A stretch of 64,000 nt of DNA, from the NCBI GenBank assembly GCA_051251855.1, contig JBPOGI010000007.1:198863-262862 (forward strand), read 5' to 3'. This document shows, piece by piece, positions 48,901 through 54,663 of the stretch. A program made the translations under genes and the position numbers. Origin of the DNA: Roseibacillus sp. Its GTDB lineage: Bacteria; Verrucomicrobiota; Verrucomicrobiia; Verrucomicrobiales; Akkermansiaceae. The notes beneath the pieces were generated by a model. It searched no databases, was not told where the DNA came from, and saw only the letters and a list, made by a program, of their open reading frames with translations. Within the stretch, counting starts at the first letter, position 1, and every line of letters begins with the position of its first letter.

Positions 48901-51612
48901 AATGACGTTCAGGACATCGTCCTTGTTCGCTTGGAGGAGTGGAGTTCCCGAAACAATACCACTGGTCTGAATACTTGCTTCAAAGGGAGAACAAAGGTCA
49001 TCGAAGCCAGTCAGGTTCGCAGCCACAGAGTAAACCGAAAGGTTTTCAGTTCCGTTCGGGAAACCAAGCTCCATCGTAATGGTCGCTTCCTCACCCGGTG
49101 ACAACTGACGACCCAACTGAAGAGTCACGTTTCCGTTGATGGGATTGAAGTTCGTAATCGTTCCCCCGTCCACCCCTTGAATAGAGGGATATGTGGCAAC
49201 TCCATTCACGCTCACAGTCGTGAGCTGGAGGTCGACGTTCACATCACTGAACGCCTCCAAACCAACCAATCCCGAATCCACTGACTCGTTTCTAACAGTC
49301 AAAGAATACTCCGCGACCCCTGGAATCACAGTGACTGGAGTCACGCTCGCCGCTTCAGAGTCGATGTAGAATTCACCCTGAGGAGGCTTCACCCGGGTAA
49401 GGTCATCATTCTTGTAAGTAAAAGGATTAGTGAGAACCTGCAGGGTTCCGTCCGTCTTCCGGTAGACGTCAACCAAGCCCCAGTTCTCGATCCAATACTC
49501 CGAACAAGGATCGGTCGGAGCGGTCACGATGGTGTTGAAAGCTGCGTAAACACGCGAACCCGGGTCGCTTGCAAAATCAATAAAGGAAGGCATCGAAGGA
49601 TGATGCACTGCCACCCAAGTTACTGTTGCGGGCTGAGTTTGGCTCCAATCGGCAGGTGTGCCGCTTGGCAGAGCCGAATAATCGAAGACAGGGTGAATCT
49701 CAGGGTCGTCATAGGTCGGATCAGTGCCCACATAGAACCAAACCGTCGCCCCTTCCGCAGCTGTAATGTCTTCCTTACTACGGCGATTATGAAGAGAGGC
49801 CGAGACGAACTCGACTTCAGCGGGAATGCGGTCGAAATAGACGACATCATTGAGCTCAATGACTCCGCAGTTCGTATTATAAAGACGATACTCAACCGGG
49901 TCCCCTGCGACAACGGGAACCACACCATCAATGTCCAAACCACAGGGAACGTCCTGCTCCTTGGGCAAATAGTGTGGGAAATAACCAAACTTACAAAAAC
50001 AACCACCGATAGGCACATCGACAATCATGGGGAGTTCGTCGGTCAGCAGCTCAGTCTGATCGGAATCAAGTCCCGCGGTATTGGTGAACTCAGTGAGCTG
50101 GGGAATATCAGAAGCCAGGTCGACCTTGAATTCAATTTGGTAACCATCCCCCACTTCCAAGGTCCCAAAGTCCCAGTAAACACTCTGCGCCGGAACTTCT
50201 GTGGTATGAACCGTCGTGGCTGTCGAGGTGAAGACCGCAGGGATGACCGTTGTGGTGCCATCAGCATTGAACTTAGTCGCGGAGAACGTGTGACCAGGGT
50301 TGGTTGGATTGAGCAAATACGAATCGCTCGTGTCGCCATCTCCATTAGGATCGATGAGACCGGAGAGGTCATCGTAAATGACGGTGTTATACATGCGGGA
50401 GCGGTTTTGCTCATCGTAGTCGTTGCCATCAACAGGGCCAAAGGGATCGCGGATGCGGAAGGTCAAAGTGTCACTCACACCCGGGCTATCCCGAGCAATC
50501 ACGTAGTTTTCACCATTGAGTCCAAAGACGCGGGTAACCCCGGGAGCCGCAAGCGTCGCGCCTGCCTTGGTCATGTTCGGAGCAGGCTCAGAAGTAATGA
50601 TCGTCTCGACGGGAGCCGCCACTTTATCATCACCATTGTCCACATGGACGTTGGCATTGTTCTCATAAACGGTGCCATTCAAGGTTCCGTTAGGAGCCTC
50701 GACAAACAACTGAAGAACGAGAGAATTTCCAGCCTCAACCTCATCAAAATACCAAACCACCGAATTGTCCGGGAACTCGGTCATTCCATCTGGGTAAGAA
50801 GGAAGCGGATCACCCGTGGCGGCATCAGTTGTTCCATCCGCGGTAAAGATTCCCCCATCTGAAATCTGGCCAATGATGGGCTCGTCCGCTTGACCGTAGT
50901 CGGTGGGATAATCAATCCCCCGTCCATTCATAGGCAGCGTGTCCCAAACGATCACATTCTGTGCATCGACAAAGTTAGCCGAAAGGCGAACCTGATAAGG
51001 AAACTGAACCCCAGCCGGAATGGTCTCCACCGTCTTCTTATCGAAGAGAAGCACCGTCTGAGGGTTCCAAGTCACCATCATCTCACGCACCACTGGCGCC
51101 GTCGCCCCCCGCGTGTGGTCTACTCGCACCTGAATCTCTGGATAAGCCACTGCATCCAAACCACTGATATCCAAACACCCCTCGGAGTCAAAGTTAGACA
51201 TATCAAGGTCAATGAACCCCGTGATGGGAGAACCCGTGCTCACGTCCAGGAGAGTGACGTCCAAGGCATCATTTGTGCCATAGCTCGCATCCAGACAAAG
51301 CTTGTCCCAAGCATCGAAACTCGGCGGCGTGATAATTACCGAAGTCTGCGAACCTGCCGCCTGACCGGAAACCAAACTCGCGGTGCCCGCAAAGACATCC
51401 ACGGCCACATTACTCAGCACATTCGTGCCGAGCTCATCATTAAAGGTATTCGTCCAAGTTCCTTCGTTGTTGTCAACGGTTGGAGCAGCCTGCAACTGTA
51501 ATGCGGAGGTCCCCAAGCACATCACCAGCGAAAGGGCACTGAGAAACTTTTTTTTGAAGGGGGCTATTGGGGACAGATTGGGTGAGCTCAAGATCGGTTT
51601 CGTAAAGGGCAT
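36922..51612 (-). CDS. Giant secreted adhesin-like protein (4896 aa): DUF11 repeats, FG-GAP/integrin-alpha-like repeats, SdrD-B/Cna-B-type repeats, conserved C-terminal module
   Basis: The ATG start gives signal peptide ...[19 protein letters not shown]. There are many DUF11-type repeats (e.g. [48 protein letters not shown]). FG-GAP motifs include [32 protein letters not shown] and [15 protein letters not shown]. About 11-12 Cna-B-like units are present ([30 protein letters not shown]...[21 protein letters not shown]). The single uninterrupted ORF has consistent codon bias. Confidence 0.85.
   Translation of the reverse strand: [4896 protein letters not shown]
38520..42756 (-). repeat. Array of about 11-12 divergent SdrD-B/Cna-B-type domain repeats inside the 4896-aa gene (approximate bounds)
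   Basis: A recurrent pattern: G(D/N)x(V/I)WxDxxxDGxQDxxExGxxGVxVxLYD...TDxxGxYxFxxLxxGxYxV...DFG(Y/F). Confidence 0.7.
44150..45330 (-). repeat. FG-GAP / integrin-alpha-like calcium-binding repeat region inside the 4896-aa gene (approximate bounds)
   Basis: Six to seven D-x-(D/N)-x-D-G-x-x-(D/E) loops, each followed by (A/V)VG(A/S) and spaced ~60 aa apart. Confidence 0.65.
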
Positions 51613-52054
51613 ACTAAATCTTATATGATTACTTATTTATCTTAACTAAAAGGAACCCCGCAATGAAGCCCAATCACCTCTCGAGCAACCCGATGACACA
51701 ACTAACTCCAAACTGACGTAAAGTCTTAGCGACCAAGCCTTCCAGAAAAGGCAGCCCACATCCCTGTAAGGGCCTAGAAAACTCGTGCCTTGTTAGAGCA
51801 GAATGGCGAGGATTTGGTCACCCCCAGTATACCTACACCTTTAAGTTAACTTTCAATCCTCTCTACTGAAGCGAGAGAAGGTTGAGCTCATCTTGAATGC
51901 CGGTTGAAGTCATCACTTTAAAGTGAGCGATCATCTCACAACCAGCTCAAGCCAAACTCACAGGCCTCGTTAGAACCTGTTAGTCTTCTTTTGACTCCAT
52001 AAGCAAAGACGGCCTAAACCACGCCTTCTGAAATGCAACTGGGAACTCAAGGCC

Positions 52055-52792
52055 TCAGTAGCTACAACGCGAGAAACTTTTTCTCTTACGCCGAATGATG
52101 AGGAGGCTACCCACGGATACGAAGTATAGAACTGAACTGGGTTCAGGGACACTCTCAAAACTGTGAGTTTGAAGGTAAAACTCTTCTGCGCCACCGGTGG
52201 AGTTACCTCCACCAATCATATTGTTATTGATAGCTCCCCAAACAACCGTTTCCGCGTCTGGTAAATACCATTGTAACTCTTCCGCAAAACTCCCAGGGAA
52301 TCCCCAATCAGGCACACTCTCGCTCGTGTAAAGTAGCCACTCAGCATCACCTTCTGGTAAATCACCACTCCTCACGAAGACGTAGGCCTGCTCCCCAGCG
52401 GAAAAGGTATCGGTTGGGTCGGCATCTTCCGAATTGCTGGTTCGAGCACTAGATAAATCGGCCCGACCTCCAAAGATGGCCGTGCTCCCTTCCCCCGCGA
52501 TAAAGGCATCATTGTCGGGAGTGTCGTCAACGGTGATTGCATCGAAAATTTTCCAGTGCATCAACCAATCATCAGTATTATCAGTCGTAGGGACAAAACC
52601 TCCGAAACTACCAAGTTCGAACTTGTATTCATCAAGCGTAATTGCCCCTCCATCACTCGTCAGAACATTTCCAAACTTCAATTCACTCCCCCAGACAATC
52701 ACCTGAGTCGATTGACCTAAAACGGTAGGATGCACGAATAGCGCCCAACAGACAGCCACTTTGAGTGAAGATAAACAAGTCTTAGGAACCAT
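52055..52792 (-). CDS. PEP-CTERM sorting-domain secreted protein, paralog 1 of a local three-member family
   Basis: ATG 52792 gives signal peptide MVPKTCLSSLKVAVCWALFVHPTVLGQ. The C-terminus VPEPSSVLYFVSVGSLLIIRRKRK is a PEP-CTERM motif followed by a TM helix and a basic cluster. Confidence 0.75.
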   Translation of the reverse strand: MVPKTCLSSLKVAVCWALFVHPTVLGQSTQVIVWGSELKFGNVLTSDGGAITLDEYKFELGSFGGFVPTTDNTDDWLMHWKIFDAITVDDTPDNDAFIAGEGSTAIFGGRADLSSARTSNSEDADPTDTFSAGEQAYVFVRSGDLPEGDAEWLLYTSESVPDWGFPGSFAEELQWYLPDAETVVWGAINNNMIGGGNSTGGAEEFYLQTHSFESVPEPSSVLYFVSVGSLLIIRRKRKSFSRCSY

Positions 52793-52872
52793 CTGAGAAT
52801 CGTCACATAAGTTGACAATCAAAGCAAGTTTATCAATCGGGTGGCAGCTACCATTTTTGGCCTAAGCCAAGT

Positions 52873-53763
52873 CTATGGCATCAGTTCCACCCTGACTCGC
52901 CCAAAGCGGGTTGACCCTGCAGAAGACACCGAAGTGAGGTCCCGGTAGATGAGCTCCTCAGGATTGGAGCTCTGCAAAAAAACGAAAGCGTCCCCTTCAT
53001 CCCAATCCAAGACATTCGAGCTGACCTGACCAAAGTAAAGGGCCTGAACTGCACGAGCCCTTTGGCAGCTAAACTGAAAGAATCCCGCAACTACCTTCCC
53101 TTCTAAACAGACTAGATTGGGTTGAGAAGGATTCCCTCCAAACGCAAATTCCTCAAGATTGGTCGAACCATCAGCATCCGGATCCGCATCCCATCCCGCA
53201 ATCAGAGGATCCGATAGATCAGCATCGTCAAAGTTGAGTTGTAACCAGTGTTCACCAGTCAAAAGCGGTGGCTCACCGACAACAGCGGCCGTCTGTAACT
53301 CTGCCTCTTCGATGGCACCGACCACGATCAAATCAGCGTCGGAGGTGAACCAATTGACGTCAGGATTCAAGGGATTGTTGAACGGCACTACCCAGCTGTT
53401 AGCAGAAAAAAGAACCCACTCATTAGAAGGTAAGCTTCGGTTGAGTCCCCAGACGTAACCTTGCCGCCCCGTCGAAAGACCATCGTTGTCCCAGACCTTC
53501 CCAAAAAGTTGGGAGGAAGGTGAGTAGCCACTCACATCCAAAGTCGTCCATCGTCCTGACCACTCACTGCTATTGGAAGAGGTCGGAGTAAACCCATTAT
53601 CGAAATATCCCAAGAAGAATGTCCATGACGAGTCCAAACTCCCCCCCTGGCTATCAATTGCCGACGAGCCCAATTCGTTGCCCCATCGAACACCTCCAGC
53701 AAACAAAGGATTGACAAGAAGACAAACGACCAGAACGAGGATACGATGACTCCCTTGATTCAT
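52873..53763 (-). CDS. Secreted protein, paralog 2 of the family (no PEP-CTERM; has a calcium-binding DxDxDG...EF motif and Ig-like tail)
   Basis: Signal peptide ILVLVVCLLVNPLFAGG. The N-terminal domain aligns with the two neighbours (WG.ELG...GYFDNGFTPTSSNSSEWSGRW). DADPDADGSTNLEEFAFGGNP is followed by a tail ending RFGRVRVELMP. Confidence 0.7.
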   Translation of the reverse strand: MNQGSHRILVLVVCLLVNPLFAGGVRWGNELGSSAIDSQGGSLDSSWTFFLGYFDNGFTPTSSNSSEWSGRWTTLDVSGYSPSSQLFGKVWDNDGLSTGRQGYVWGLNRSLPSNEWVLFSANSWVVPFNNPLNPDVNWFTSDADLIVVGAIEEAELQTAAVVGEPPLLTGEHWLQLNFDDADLSDPLIAGWDADPDADGSTNLEEFAFGGNPSQPNLVCLEGKVVAGFFQFSCQRARAVQALYFGQVSSNVLDWDEGDAFVFLQSSNPEELIYRDLTSVSSAGSTRFGRVRVELMP

Positions 53764-53805
53764 ACTGGGTTGTTAGCGAGAAGAACTCGTTAGCTTTACG
53801 GTTTA

Positions 53806-54549
53806 CTACTGCCCACGTTGACGGCGCAAGAGCATGAGAGAACTCAGGCTTACCAACAACGCGGTGGTAGGCTCGGGAACAAAAGTAAAAGTCTGCACCA
53901 GATAATCTTTCCCTGTGAAACTATGAACGCCGCCACCTTCGGTCGCACCTTGGTTAATCCCACCCCACACCACATTCTCGGCGTCTTGCACCCGCCAATC
54001 CAAGTCATCGGCTGGGTTATGGCTCTCTGGAGAGACGAAGGGAAATTGCCAACTGTCTCCGCCACCCGAACTGCGCGTGTATAGCAACCATTCTGATCCT
54101 GGAGCAGTAGCGTTACTATTTCGAATAAAGACGTAGGCTTGCTTCCCTTGCGCAAACTCATAGGACGAATTGACCATGGAGTCTCCTGAAAGAGAGTTGT
54201 TATCAGAAGTCAGAATATCACGTCCTCCAAATCGAGTAGGATCGCCAGGATTCAAAAAGTCAGCGCTATCTTCGTCGCTATCAACGATGGCATCAAAGAC
54301 CCGCCATTCTCCAACCCAACTGGAAGTATTCGAGCTCGTTGGAGAGAAAGAGCCGTCGAAAGTACCCAACTCGATCGAGTATCCCCCATCGGTGAAGCTA
54401 CCGTCACCCAAGGTTATGGGAGTACCATTGCTATCAATGACCGAGCCCGGAGGAAAAATGTTAGAGCCCCAATCGATGGTCAACTCTTGACCAAGAGCAG
54501 AACCAGCTGAAAGCGCACTAATGAGACAAAAAATCTGAGGGAGTCGCAT
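53806..54549 (-). CDS. PEP-CTERM sorting-domain secreted protein, paralog 3 of the family
   Basis: Signal peptide MRLPQIFCLISALSAGSALGQ. The C-terminus is FVPEPTTALLVSLSSLMLLRRQRGQ. The body is colinear with 52055-52792 (ELGTFDGSFSPTSSNTSSW..W.VFDAI, GKQAYVFIR, SEWLLYT, ENVVWGGIN). Confidence 0.78.
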   Translation of the reverse strand: MRLPQIFCLISALSAGSALGQELTIDWGSNIFPPGSVIDSNGTPITLGDGSFTDGGYSIELGTFDGSFSPTSSNTSSWVGEWRVFDAIVDSDEDSADFLNPGDPTRFGGRDILTSDNNSLSGDSMVNSSYEFAQGKQAYVFIRNSNATAPGSEWLLYTRSSGGGDSWQFPFVSPESHNPADDLDWRVQDAENVVWGGINQGATEGGGVHSFTGKDYLVQTFTFVPEPTTALLVSLSSLMLLRRQRGQ

Positions 54550-54663
54550 AATCTCCCCAAAGAATAGACAAGACTGATATTATGGGAAGGTTAATCTTTG
54601 TCCGTATTTCGCTCATTCTAACTCCCTGCAGGAGGAGGTCTTGAGCCCCTCCCCCCTTCCTAG

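Noticed and set aside
49600-50862. 420-aa + strand ORF antisense to the 4896-aa gene (similar cases at 41275-41766, 46414-46983, 47014-47586 and 48202-48795)
   Set aside because: These are antisense shadows with Arg/Ile/Val-rich nonsense composition and no motifs. The minus-strand frame is continuous with recognisable DUF11 and Cna-B repeats.
51613-52054. 442-bp gap between the PEP-CTERM paralog and the 4896-aa gene, including the 81-aa ORF 51970-52215
   Set aside because: The ORF overlaps the 3' end of the PEP-CTERM gene and has no motifs. I found no structured repeat and no copy of the ECF-like motif (an AAGTCA is present but without the partner element). It is probably just the promoter region of the giant gene.
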